Source of the DNA: a virus
Lineage: Duplodnaviria > Heunggongvirae > Uroviricota > Caudoviricetes
Reading direction: 5' to 3' (one strand)
DNA length: 64,000 nucleotides
IMG/VR virus record: IMGVR_UViG_3300028585_000514
In this document: positions 28,392 through 37,803 of the stretch, piece after piece
Position numbering within the stretch: the stretch's first letter is position 1
How the letters are laid out: each line of letters opens with the position of its first letter
Notes under the pieces: generated by a model
Database searches by the model: none
What the model was told of the DNA's origin: nothing
The model's input: the letters and a program-made list of their open reading frames with translations, nothing else
Program-made: the position numbers and the translations under genes

Positions 28392-29209
28392 TGAACATGA
28401 ACCGCTCTTACACCCGCAACGATCGCCTCTTGACTGTTGAAAACCTGAATCTGGATTTCAACGGCAACAAGATTCTCCGCAACGTCAATGTCAAGGTCGA
28501 CGACATCGTTCGTCCTGGCATGAATCAAGGTCAGGTCATCTCCCTCCTGGGGCCGTCAGGGATCGGCAAAACCCAGCTGTTCAAATGCTTATCTGGCCTG
28601 ATGCGTCCTACCTCTGGTGGCGTCCTGGTCGGCAAGGAACGTAAGCTGGTCGAGGCTGGCGAAGTTGGTTTCGTGTTCCAGAACTATCCGTTGCTGCAGC
28701 ACAAGACTGTGATGGAAAACCTGATGCTGGCTGCCAACAACGCTGGCAAGAAGAAGGAAGAAGTGACCGACCTTCTTGCTCAGTTCGGTCTTGCTGACAA
28801 GGCGGACATGTACCCGGCACAGTTGTCTGGTGGTCAACGCCAGCGCATCTCGATCATGCAGCAAATTCTGTGCAGCGAACATTTCTTGCTGATGGATGAA
28901 CCATTCTCTGGCCTGGACGTCCTGTCGAAGAAGCGCATGATGGACCTGATTCTGAAGATTTCGACCCTTCATGAACATAACACGATCATCTTGACCACCC
29001 ACGACATCGAGGCAGCAGTTTCGATTTCCGACACGATTTGGATGCTTGGCTTCGAGAAGAAGGACAACGCATACCTTCAAGGTGCTACTATCGTTCGTGA
29101 AGTCGACTTGATCGAGCGTGGGCTTGCCTGGAATCCAAACGTCGAAAAACACCCTAACTTCCGTCCAACGGTGGAAGAACTTTATAAATCGTTCCATACG
29201 ATTTATTGA
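28391..29209 (+). CDS. ABC transporter ATP-binding protein (NitT/TauT-like)
   Basis: Walker A GPSGIGKT, Q-loop VFQ, LSGGQRQR, LLMDEPFSGLD, THD. Confidence 0.95.
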   Translation: MNMNRSYTRNDRLLTVENLNLDFNGNKILRNVNVKVDDIVRPGMNQGQVISLLGPSGIGKTQLFKCLSGLMRPTSGGVLVGKERKLVEAGEVGFVFQNYPLLQHKTVMENLMLAANNAGKKKEEVTDLLAQFGLADKADMYPAQLSGGQRQRISIMQQILCSEHFLLMDEPFSGLDVLSKKRMMDLILKISTLHEHNTIILTTHDIEAAVSISDTIWMLGFEKKDNAYLQGATIVREVDLIERGLAWNPNVEKHPNFRPTVEELYKSFHTIY

Positions 29210-29288
29210 GAAAAATACATGTTACCCTAGGAAATCCCTAGGGTATAATGCAAACTCCTTCCACACCTAATCTAATATAGGGAATATC

Positions 29289-29591
29289 ATGGCTCTGACC
29301 AATGGTGCAAAGAAATTTCTGGGACTGGTCGCGACTGTCGTCGTAATCGGTGGTGGTATCTACGGCTACAAGGAATACAAAGCCAAGAACCCAACGCCAG
29401 TGACCGAAGAGGTCGTGCAACAAGCACCGACTGAAATCCCACAGCCGATCAACTCGCCGATGGCACAAGCTGAACGCGTCGAAGACATCGTCGAACCGAC
29501 CGAACACGAAGAACCAGCGCCGGCACCGACCAACAACGCGTCGAACAACCGCGGCCTGGCAAACGTGCTGAACGCTGCCAAGAACAAGTAA
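29289..29591 (+). CDS. Small membrane-anchored protein sharing the N-terminal anchor of the SBP-OmpA protein
   Basis: MALTNGAKKFLGLVATVVVIGGGIYGYK versus MALTPGFKKFIALIATVGVVGGGIYGYK. Confidence 0.85.
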   Translation: MALTNGAKKFLGLVATVVVIGGGIYGYKEYKAKNPTPVTEEVVQQAPTEIPQPINSPMAQAERVEDIVEPTEHEEPAPAPTNNASNNRGLANVLNAAKNK

Positions 29592-29616
29592 TTTCACCTG
29601 CTACCAAGAGAACAAC

Positions 29617-30522
29617 ATGAAGAACTTCATCCGCGCCGCCGCATTCGCTACCGCTGCCATCATTTTCGCCAACGCTCATGCAGCGCCGATCGGCATCGCT
29701 TCCGGTGCTCCGACTGGCACGAACCATCCGATGGGCGAAGACATCGCCAAGACCTGCTCGACCAAGCAGTCGCCGATCACCAACGTCCAGACCGAAGGCT
29801 TCCTGGACAACGTGTTCAAGATTTACAGCGACAAGAACGTGCAGTATGGCATGGTCACCGTCGACGCCCTGGCCTACCAGCAAGGTATCGACCCGAAGAT
29901 GATGGATCGCATCGTGATGGTGTTCCCGTTCTTCTCGGCAGATATGCACCTGGTGGTGCGTGAAGATTCGCCATACCAGACCCTGACCCAGCTGCAAGGC
30001 AAACGCGTCGTCGAAGGCCCGGAAGGCAGCGGTACCTGGGTTTCGGCACAGGTGATCAAGCAAATCACTGGCATGAACTGGCAGCCGATGATCGCTTCGC
30101 AGAAAGCCGGCCTTGACGCAGTGCTGTCCGGCAAAGCCGATGCTGAATGGATCGTCGCCGGCTACCCAGTCGACATGCTCTCGAAGCTGCCGAAAGGTGT
30201 CCGTCTGATCAGTGTCGCTCACCCGAAGCTGGACTCGTTCAACTTCTACACCAAGACGATGATCTCGTCCGGTTCGTATCCGTTCCAGAAGAAGTCGGTC
30301 TCGACCTATAAAGTCGACTCGGTCCTGGCAACGTACGCTTACAAGAACCAGTACCAGAAAGAAATCGGCGACCTGGTGTCGTGCATCACTCACAACCTCG
30401 GCGACCTGCAGCGCAATGGCCATCCAAAGTGGAAGGACGTCGATCCACTGGACATCGAACGTATCAAGTGGCAAGCTCACCCTGCCGCAGTGAGCGCCAT
30501 CAAGCGTGAGATGAAGCGTTGA
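29617..30522 (+). CDS. TAXI-family TRAP solute receptor
   Basis: Signal peptide; IASGAPTGT, TEG..DN, L.GKRV..GP.GSGT. Confidence 0.85.
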   Translation: MKNFIRAAAFATAAIIFANAHAAPIGIASGAPTGTNHPMGEDIAKTCSTKQSPITNVQTEGFLDNVFKIYSDKNVQYGMVTVDALAYQQGIDPKMMDRIVMVFPFFSADMHLVVREDSPYQTLTQLQGKRVVEGPEGSGTWVSAQVIKQITGMNWQPMIASQKAGLDAVLSGKADAEWIVAGYPVDMLSKLPKGVRLISVAHPKLDSFNFYTKTMISSGSYPFQKKSVSTYKVDSVLATYAYKNQYQKEIGDLVSCITHNLGDLQRNGHPKWKDVDPLDIERIKWQAHPAAVSAIKREMKR

Positions 30523-30734
30523 TCCAAAAACCAGGCCGCCAACCAACCCGGTCCGAACAGTTACTTCTTCAAGACTTGGTCAAGCGTCACAGTCAACATG
30601 CCGACGATAACGCCGCGACAGTAATTGTTCACCACATCACTGAAGACACACCCAAAGGTCTTCAGCTCGAAGTCGAGTGGCGAATCTACAACTTCCGTAT
30701 GACTCGCCTCCGCTTCGAACGAATCTTCCTGTAA
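30519..30734 (+). CDS. Hypothetical protein
   Basis: 71-aa ORF overlapping the upstream stop. Confidence 0.6.
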   Translation: MIQKPGRQPTRSEQLLLQDLVKRHSQHADDNAATVIVHHITEDTPKGLQLEVEWRIYNFRMTRLRFERIFL

Positions 30735-30793
30735 TTCCTCCAAACGATCCCTGACAACCTCAGGGATCGTTTCTCTTTTGTCCCATAGATATT

Positions 30794-31057
30794 ATGACCG
30801 AGCAAATTGCCCGCGCCCTGGCGGCGCGTATTCGTGCCCTAGACTGGGCCTACCAATACACTGACGACTACACTGTTTACTGTCAGGAGAAAAGAAAGAT
30901 TGAAGCGATGCGTAAAGAACTGATGCAGCTTCCGGTCGAATTGACCAAAGAAATATTGTCGGAGCTGGTTGCCAAAGATGGCGAATACGCAGCCCCGATC
31001 AGTTTTATGGAATTGATTGTCGTCAAGCAGATGATGGCCAACTCGACGACTGACTAA
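30794..31057 (+). CDS. Hypothetical protein
   Basis: 87-aa ORF (DW.Y.Y.DD motif). Confidence 0.75.
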   Translation: MTEQIARALAARIRALDWAYQYTDDYTVYCQEKRKIEAMRKELMQLPVELTKEILSELVAKDGEYAAPISFMELIVVKQMMANSTTD

Positions 31058-32161
31058 TTACTTTTGGCCTTCTTCAAACTTGATCCATGCGCGCCACATA
31101 CCAGAGGCGACATTGGCATCAGCCAATAGGTCCATGTAGCTATCGTACCTGACCTCATCAATATCCGTATTATACAAGTAAGTCATCTTTGCAACCATAT
31201 CGTTAGTATCCGTAGGCGAAGCATGCAAGTACGGAGGAACAAACGTGATTTCATTTGATGTGATGACCGGCGAACCAGCAGCAATCGCATCCGCCGCAAC
31301 GATATTGTAAGTTTCAGTGAAGCTTACTTGCAAGGTCATATCCATGTCCTTCAGCAATTCGGTAAACGTTTCATGCGGCATCCAAGGATGTTCAATCAAC
31401 GTGTGCTTGTTCTGGCTACCGAATAGCTTACGGATGTTCTTGATAACTGGATCACCTTTACCTTCAACACGATTTCCATTGATGTGGAAATGCAATTCTT
31501 TACCAACGCTGTCAGCAAAACGCATAGCAGCGACGGCTTGAATCAATTGATTCTTGAGTGGACGAATAGCACCAAAGCATCCGATATGAAGGATTGGGCC
31601 AGTTGTTTTGCGTAGACGGTTGGTTGGAATAAATCCAAGCTTCTTAAGCATTTTCTGGTATGCAGACGTTTTTGCTGGTGCTGGGACTTTATATAGCGGA
31701 TAGAAGTTCGGCAGGAACACAACCTTCTGACGATATAGATGCTTGATGTCGTCGCAAATGCCACGGCTGTTTGCTGCCACATAAACATTCTTGTAGTTGT
31801 AGTATTTTGGAATCCAGTCAAACGCCATGCCTTCGCCAGCAATGAATGGCACTTCGCTATGTAGGCGAACAAGCCACTCAACCTTAGGATGTAGGCGAGT
31901 TAGGACTTCAAACTTTTCCGGAACAACCCATAGGGCTTCGATGATGACGTGAGTTGGCTTGTATGCTGAAACTTCACGGTCGATGCAATTATTGTCTTGA
32001 ACACCGACCACTTTACAATCGACGCCATCTTTGGTAAGCATGTCGACAACGAAGTTGACAGAGTTTAGTAGGCCGGATGATTTGCCGCCTGTTGAATAGG
32101 CTTCACCAGTTTCTAGTGGCGTATCGCGGTTCTTGCAGAGGAATAGGATTCTGGTTTTCAT
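31058..32161 (-). CDS. Glycosyltransferase (GT-B, GT4-like)
   Basis: CFGAIRPLKN, SFTETYNIVAADA..AGSPVI; late box at 32192-32199 (-). Confidence 0.8.
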   Translation of the reverse strand: MKTRILFLCKNRDTPLETGEAYSTGGKSSGLLNSVNFVVDMLTKDGVDCKVVGVQDNNCIDREVSAYKPTHVIIEALWVVPEKFEVLTRLHPKVEWLVRLHSEVPFIAGEGMAFDWIPKYYNYKNVYVAANSRGICDDIKHLYRQKVVFLPNFYPLYKVPAPAKTSAYQKMLKKLGFIPTNRLRKTTGPILHIGCFGAIRPLKNQLIQAVAAMRFADSVGKELHFHINGNRVEGKGDPVIKNIRKLFGSQNKHTLIEHPWMPHETFTELLKDMDMTLQVSFTETYNIVAADAIAAGSPVITSNEITFVPPYLHASPTDTNDMVAKMTYLYNTDIDEVRYDSYMDLLADANVASGMWRAWIKFEEGQK

Positions 32162-32191
32162 ATGGAGGATTGGAAGGAAGGTTAACATGGC

Positions 32192-32203
32192 TATTTATAA
32201 ATA
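32192..32203. promoter_or_regulatory. Overlapping bidirectional late promoter TATTTATAAATA
   Basis: Perfect palindrome carrying TATAAATA on both strands, between divergent genes. Confidence 0.7.
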
Positions 32204-32223
32204 CCGACTTCTGGAGTTAACAT

Positions 32224-32514
32224 ATGATCGACCCAACATTCATAATCTTGTATCAAAAGAATCCTGATGGTATTGCAATGAAAGAAATAGTTGACATGCT
32301 ATACACAGCTGTTACTAAAAAGCAATATGACTATCTGAACATAATTCTCGGCAGAATAAATTTCAACAGATTGGACGATGTTATAATCGTAGCGATCTTG
32401 AGAACTACTTTCGAGGTCCGCGATAAGCTTAAGCATTGGGAAGGATTCCACGCTAAAGCGAAAAAGAAACTCACTGGCACTAATATGGAGAAACACCTTT
32501 TAGCGCTAGCATAA
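32224..32514 (+). CDS. Hypothetical protein
   Basis: GGAG RBS. Confidence 0.75.
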   Translation: MIDPTFIILYQKNPDGIAMKEIVDMLYTAVTKKQYDYLNIILGRINFNRLDDVIIVAILRTTFEVRDKLKHWEGFHAKAKKKLTGTNMEKHLLALA

Positions 32515-32527
32515 TAAGAAAAATAAC

Positions 32528-32836
32528 ATGAGAAAGCGTAGGCCTAGAAAGCCGAAAAGTGCTGTAACGCTTACACCTCAAATTCGCTACGCCGTCATCG
32601 ATGTCGTTCACGGTGAGGTGTTTACAGCTAATCATAAAGTCATCGGTGAGGCATTCAATAGCCGCGACGAAGACTACATACCGACCACAGGCATTATCGT
32701 GGTAGCAACACTGAATGACGTCATTCTTGGCGAAGTAAACCGAAGAGGTGAACTCAAGAGCGATGGAGTTCCAAACCTCAAAACCATTTGGGATGGGCCA
32801 AGAAATATCTGGTTTGTCCCTCCTCCAAAACTATAA
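32528..32836 (+). CDS. Hypothetical protein
   Basis: 102-aa ORF. Confidence 0.7.
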   Translation: MRKRRPRKPKSAVTLTPQIRYAVIDVVHGEVFTANHKVIGEAFNSRDEDYIPTTGIIVVATLNDVILGEVNRRGELKSDGVPNLKTIWDGPRNIWFVPPPKL

Positions 32837-32841
32837 CAAAT

Positions 32842-33036
32842 ATGAAACTTTTCTCTTCCGTCTGGAACTTCATCTTCGAACGTTCTTTCAACATGTTTGA
32901 CATGATTCTTTTTGGCGTCATCTGTCAAACGCCTTGGCGATGGAATGACTGGCAGTTCTGGGTCGCCATAATCATCGGCGGGTTTATCTCGCAGACCGCA
33001 CAACTTTTCAACAAACGTCTCCAGTCCAGGACCTAA
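32842..33036 (+). CDS. Small membrane protein
   Basis: Two hydrophobic segments. Confidence 0.65.
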   Translation: MKLFSSVWNFIFERSFNMFDMILFGVICQTPWRWNDWQFWVAIIIGGFISQTAQLFNKRLQSRT

Positions 33037-33038
33037 TC

Positions 33039-33563
33039 ATGGAACGCAAAGCACTCTACGCGGGCAGCTTTGATCCACCAACCCTCGGTCATTTCCACAT
33101 GATCGAGGAAGGCCTCAAGCTCTTCGACAAGATTATTGTTGCCATTGGAGTGAACCCGAACAAGCGGGATTACTTCGCTCCGGCTCAACGCATGTCGATG
33201 ATCGACGAATGGATTCACACCCACGACCTATGGGATCGCGTTGAAGTCATCTTCTATTTCAAACAGCTCACTGCTGACGTTGCCGAAGAGCATGGCTCCA
33301 TGTTTATGCTTCGCGGCATTCGAAATGCAAAGGACTATGACTATGAAATGGAAATCAAGGAATTCAATGACAAATACAACCCGCGAGTTCAAACCGTCTT
33401 CCTCACACCAAAGGAAGGTTTCGCTGGCATCAGTAGCAGCGTTGTGCGCGGTCTGGTTGGTTTGGCAAACTGGGAAACTGCTGTCAAAGATTATGCACCG
33501 GAGAACGTAATTGAATATCTTAAAAAGAAGTTGGAACAAGATACTATCACTTGCACTGGGTGA
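33039..33563 (+). CDS. coaD: Phosphopantetheine adenylyltransferase
   Basis: YAGSFDPPTLGH, NP.K..F...R, RGIRN..DY.YE, ISSS.VR. Confidence 0.95.
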   Translation: MERKALYAGSFDPPTLGHFHMIEEGLKLFDKIIVAIGVNPNKRDYFAPAQRMSMIDEWIHTHDLWDRVEVIFYFKQLTADVAEEHGSMFMLRGIRNAKDYDYEMEIKEFNDKYNPRVQTVFLTPKEGFAGISSSVVRGLVGLANWETAVKDYAPENVIEYLKKKLEQDTITCTG

Positions 33564-34047
33564 GCCTTGTGCTTCTGGTCGACCACATCGTTGGCCAAGG
33601 CTCAACGTAATTGAGGGCAATAAATATTGCATGCATCCTGATTGTGTGCTTGAACGCGAGTGCGGCGAAATTCTTCGGAAGACCACTGCCAAGCATGTTG
33701 AAGCATACAAGACCAAGCTGACCATCACGGACCTTGAAAACCGTGTTGCTGAGCTCGAGAAAAATAACAATAAGGCGTATCAATTAGGCCTAGAAGAAGG
33801 AATGAAAATGCAACGTAAAGCTCTATTCGACACCTTGCTGGAATCGCGCCAGCACTTGCTAGATTCACTAGCACCAATCGGCATCAATGAACATCGTGTC
33901 CGTCAGTTCGCTGAATGGTACGAAAATCAGCGTGATGCTCGAGTGAACCCAAAGCAGGATATGGTCACCTATAAAATCTGCAAGAACATCATGGCTCTTG
34001 AAGACGTCCTACGTGAAGTCCAAAACGCTGATGTACAGCTTACCTAA
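33511..34047 (+). CDS. Hypothetical protein (start uncertain)
   Basis: ORF with a Cys/His cluster and a coiled coil. Confidence 0.7.
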   Translation: MNILKRSWNKILSLALGEPCASGRPHRWPRLNVIEGNKYCMHPDCVLERECGEILRKTTAKHVEAYKTKLTITDLENRVAELEKNNNKAYQLGLEEGMKMQRKALFDTLLESRQHLLDSLAPIGINEHRVRQFAEWYENQRDARVNPKQDMVTYKICKNIMALEDVLREVQNADVQLT

Positions 34048-34086
34048 TTCTTGGTAAGATAACCCTATTACCTTGAAGGAATTTTC

Positions 34087-34377
34087 ATGGAACTCATTAA
34101 ACAACTACACGAAGCAGTCACTCGTACCGAGCGTCTCAAGACTGCGTTCGGCAAAGCAATCGACGCAGCCGTCGAGAAATTCGTTGACGAATTCAAAGAC
34201 GGTAAAAGCGAACAAGTCAAAGATGCATTGCTTGACAAGTTCGATCCAAACATGAACAAAGGCCAGCTCAAGACGATGCTGAAGGAACTCGGTGTCGAGA
34301 ATACCGACAGCATTGCGCAGACCATCATCAGCATGGCTCACAAGTTTGACACTGAACTAAGCCGCGCATCAACTTAA
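34087..34377 (+). CDS. Hypothetical protein (MELIKQLHE...)
   Basis: AAGGA RBS. Confidence 0.8.
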   Translation: MELIKQLHEAVTRTERLKTAFGKAIDAAVEKFVDEFKDGKSEQVKDALLDKFDPNMNKGQLKTMLKELGVENTDSIAQTIISMAHKFDTELSRAST

Positions 34378-34443
34378 AAAGATGTACACTTCAAGAAAGT
34401 TTGGGTATAATGAATCATCTGCTTAAACTTTCTTGGAGCTGTT

Positions 34444-34815
34444 ATGACTTTCAACGATTTGAAAACGAAAAAAGCACGTATCGATTTCATCCGTGACAAG
34501 TTGGCAACAAATGACCTGTGGGCTCTCAAAGGTCTCCTCACTGTCTTCGACAATCAAACTGCCGAAGAACAGCAGCAAAAAACTGTGAAGGTCGACAATG
34601 GCATCGGCTTCACTCGTGCTGACGCTGATTTGATGTGCAACCTCGCCAAGCTTGCGATCGCCAAAGGTGTTCGCCAAGCACTTGAGCTGAAGCAGCAAGT
34701 CAAGATCGACCAAGTCTTCAGTTCGAAGCAAGCCTATCTGTTCCGCAAGAAAATCGTGAAGTACGCCGGCCAACTTGCTAAGGAAGCCGAAGCAAAAACT
34801 CCGATCGTCAAATAA
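34444..34815 (+). CDS. Hypothetical early protein
   Basis: GGAG RBS; promoter TGTACA(34383)-N17-TATAAT. Confidence 0.85.
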   Translation: MTFNDLKTKKARIDFIRDKLATNDLWALKGLLTVFDNQTAEEQQQKTVKVDNGIGFTRADADLMCNLAKLAIAKGVRQALELKQQVKIDQVFSSKQAYLFRKKIVKYAGQLAKEAEAKTPIVK

Positions 34816-34907
34816 GTCCCTCTAGAAATTCTACGGTGAGCTTCGCTCGAAGCTCACTTATCTCCTCCCCAAAAGTATAATTCATTCCATAACAACAATA
34901 ATATGGA

Positions 34908-35285
34908 ATGTTTATGGCATACACCGCGTTTGTGTTATCACAACGCGCTCGTGCTGAACTTCTAAGCAAATTTCCACCTAAGTTTCCTGACGTTATCTGT
35001 CATCACGTGACAGAACGATTTGGTGTACCTAACGGCTTTCAAGCTCCTAATGATTCAAACGTCACCGTGGTTGGTTACGCGAGCGATGACTCATTAGAAG
35101 CTCTTGTCGTTGAGGTAGACGGCGCCAGGGAACGGAAGGATGGGAAGGTCTATCACATCACTCTCTCGTTGGATCGATCCCAGGGACGTAAGCCTGTCGA
35201 ATCTAATGACGTGATCGGTAGATTTGGCTTTGAAACAGTAGAGCGTGTCGAACTTGGCAAAGTCCAAGGCGTGACACTTAATTAA
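34908..35285 (+). CDS. 2H phosphoesterase (cyclic phosphodiesterase-like)
   Basis: Two HxT motifs: HHVT and YHITLS. Confidence 0.75.
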   Translation: MFMAYTAFVLSQRARAELLSKFPPKFPDVICHHVTERFGVPNGFQAPNDSNVTVVGYASDDSLEALVVEVDGARERKDGKVYHITLSLDRSQGRKPVESNDVIGRFGFETVERVELGKVQGVTLN

Positions 35286-35295
35286 AAAGAATAAT

Positions 35296-35772
35296 ATGAA
35301 AACTCCAATCACAAGAATCTACCACGACCTCGATGGCGTACATGCCGACTTTGAAGCCGGCGTAAAGGCGATCACCGGTGGCTTTCCGCACCAAATCGAA
35401 AAGCGTCACATGTGGAAGGCGATCAATCGCAAAGGCGACTTCTTCGAATCGCTGAAGCCTCTGAGCGACTCGCGCGAACTGTTCGAGTTCACCAGCACCC
35501 TGAAAGTGGAGCAACTGGTTCTGACCGGTATGCCAACAATCAAGGATGGCGCTGGGCAAAAGACTCGCTGGGCGCATCGTTACCTGCGTGACGACTTGGA
35601 AGTCATCGTCCTGCCATCGAAGCAGAAATACCTGCACGCTGCACCTGGTCGTATCCTGATCGATGACCGCATCGACATGATCTCGGCATGGAGTGAAGCT
35701 GGCGGCATCGGCATCCTTCACACTAGCGCAGAATCGACCATCGCTCAACTCAAACCGTTCTTCGGCCTATGA
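35296..35772 (+). CDS. HAD-family 5'(3')-deoxyribonucleotidase
   Basis: DLDGVHADF, VLTG.P, ILIDDR, GGIGILH. Confidence 0.9.
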   Translation: MKTPITRIYHDLDGVHADFEAGVKAITGGFPHQIEKRHMWKAINRKGDFFESLKPLSDSRELFEFTSTLKVEQLVLTGMPTIKDGAGQKTRWAHRYLRDDLEVIVLPSKQKYLHAAPGRILIDDRIDMISAWSEAGGIGILHTSAESTIAQLKPFFGL

Positions 35773-36227
35773 CCACCGTTTTCGTTGAGGCATCATCGAC
35801 TGTTCTTAGTCACAAACGTGCTAAGAAACAATTCGGCTCATGGAGTTCGGAACGCGAATTCGGTGTAGTTGGAGTAACGCTTAACAAAGATGCTTACTTC
35901 TCACCACATCTATTTGAGGTACCATACGAAGTGAACGTTGGCGACAAGATTTTCGTCTTGTCAATGACGTACAGCTCCGGTGATTCATTTGGTACCTCTC
36001 GCGGCAACGGTGACATCATTGCGATCTTCAAGGATCAAAATCTTGCAACTGAAGCTGCACAAGAAATCCGTAAGGATGAAGATGCCCGCGATTTCGAGTT
36101 CACCATGGAGGATGGCACGAAACAGAAGTTTCACAACTCCGCATATGGTTACTTCGAGCACATCACAACCGTAAGTGTTCAAGGTTTCATTGTCTCTGAC
36201 AGCGACCTTGACATTCAACAATTCTAA
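35769..36227 (+). CDS. Hypothetical protein
   Basis: ATGA-coupled ORF. Confidence 0.8.
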   Translation: MTTVFVEASSTVLSHKRAKKQFGSWSSEREFGVVGVTLNKDAYFSPHLFEVPYEVNVGDKIFVLSMTYSSGDSFGTSRGNGDIIAIFKDQNLATEAAQEIRKDEDARDFEFTMEDGTKQKFHNSAYGYFEHITTVSVQGFIVSDSDLDIQQF

Positions 36228-36236
36228 GAAAATAAT

Positions 36237-36716
36237 ATGTACGATAATCTACAAGTTTGGTTCCAACTAGTCCAGCGTTTCATCAGCACTACCGCATTCA
36301 TCGATGACGACCGTGTCTACATCAAAGAAGGCGGCATCATCGAAATCCCAATGTTCGATGCCGAAACCGTGATGATGTTTATGAATGATCATCCTCATCT
36401 GACGGAAGACCTGTTCAACGAATGGCGCCTGACTGGTGATGATCCAACCTTCAGCATCCAACGTGAATTCTCGATCATCCTGTTCGAAGACATGCTGGAA
36501 CAGGACGAAGCTGCCAAAGTGCGCGCAACGTTCGGTGATGTACATTCCGGTACCGGCGAAGAAAACGCAGTTGCCGCGATCATCAACGCGCTGGCAAGCA
36601 TGGGCTTCAGCATCCTGAACCAAACAGACAATCCAAAGTTTGGACCAATCGTGAAGCCTGAACAAGAGCGTCCCGAGCTGTTCCAACATGCGTTGTTTAA
36701 ATTCCCAACCGCATAA
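36237..36716 (+). CDS. Hypothetical protein
   Basis: 159-aa ORF. Confidence 0.8.
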   Translation: MYDNLQVWFQLVQRFISTTAFIDDDRVYIKEGGIIEIPMFDAETVMMFMNDHPHLTEDLFNEWRLTGDDPTFSIQREFSIILFEDMLEQDEAAKVRATFGDVHSGTGEENAVAAIINALASMGFSILNQTDNPKFGPIVKPEQERPELFQHALFKFPTA

Positions 36717-36718
36717 TC

Positions 36719-37342
36719 ATGCATCTCACCGGCCTCCAACTCGCTGTTCGTGCCTTCGTTAAGAATTACTATATCGAAGGCCATCGGTTCTATCACACCA
36801 TGGATCACATCGAGTCTATGCTCGATGGCTTCGACAAGTACTTCCATGACAATTTCACGGAGGCCGAATTCCTTGCAATTCTGTACCATGACATTGTGTA
36901 CTTGCCATGGGCTAGCGGAAACGAGGAGAACAGCGCGAGCATGCTCAACGCGCACCACAAACTCTACTTCTGCAAAGTGAAGCAAGAAGTCATCGACGAA
37001 GCAATGGACATCATCCTTGCTACGAAGCATACCGATCCGGGCAAAATGCATCTGGTCACCGCGCAACGTGTCGTCGATCTGGACCTCATGATCCTCGGCA
37101 AACCAGAAGATGTGTACAAAAAGTACGTCGCAAACACTCGCCGTGAATACGGCATGTTTAGTGATGAACAATGGAGAGAAGGTCGGATGAAGGTCCTGCA
37201 AGGGATTCTTGGTCAGGACCGAATCTATCACACCGAAGTGATGCACGAGAAGTTCGAGCAAAAGGCACGCGATAACATACAAAAAGAATTAGAAGAACTC
37301 GCATGTCCACCTCCAACATCCTTAAACTCCGACAAGAGCTAA
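36719..37342 (+). CDS. HD-domain metal-dependent phosphohydrolase (COG4339-like)
   Basis: R.YHT..HI, ILYHDIVY, NEE.SA, DLDL.ILG, RREY. Confidence 0.85.
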   Translation: MHLTGLQLAVRAFVKNYYIEGHRFYHTMDHIESMLDGFDKYFHDNFTEAEFLAILYHDIVYLPWASGNEENSASMLNAHHKLYFCKVKQEVIDEAMDIILATKHTDPGKMHLVTAQRVVDLDLMILGKPEDVYKKYVANTRREYGMFSDEQWREGRMKVLQGILGQDRIYHTEVMHEKFEQKARDNIQKELEELACPPPTSLNSDKS

Positions 37343-37803
37343 TCAGCTTATTCAATTGCACAACAGAGGCACCGATCCTTTTCTTCCAAGATGAGTATCG
37401 GTTCCTCTCAAACTTTTGGATGTGTGATCTGGTTTTTGAAGGCGTAACATACAAAAGCTCCGAGCACTGCTTCATGTGCCAAAAGACATTCGATGAAGAA
37501 GAACAACTTCGGATTCGAATGGCGCCTACTCCTTCCAAAGCGAAGATGATCGGTAAAACGGTTCCGCTTCGCGCAGATTGGGAGGAAGTAAAAGTCGACG
37601 CAATGTACAACGCAGTCTTTGCGAAGTTCAGTCAGAACCCCGATCTGAAGCGTCGTCTACTTTCAACGGGTAACAGGTACCTCGAGGAAGGGAATACCTG
37701 GAACGATGTGAACTGGGGAGTATGCAATGGCGTGGGCCTGAATCTCCTCGGGCAAGTCCTCATGGCAGTTCGTCAACAACTACGAGAAATGGAAAATCAA
37801 TGA
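37303..37803 (+). CDS. NADAR (YbiA-like) family protein
   Basis: FLSNF, SSEH.F..QK, AKF.QN, E....D..WG, G.N.LG..LM.VR. Confidence 0.92.
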   Translation: MSTSNILKLRQELISLFNCTTEAPILFFQDEYRFLSNFWMCDLVFEGVTYKSSEHCFMCQKTFDEEEQLRIRMAPTPSKAKMIGKTVPLRADWEEVKVDAMYNAVFAKFSQNPDLKRRLLSTGNRYLEEGNTWNDVNWGVCNGVGLNLLGQVLMAVRQQLREMENQ

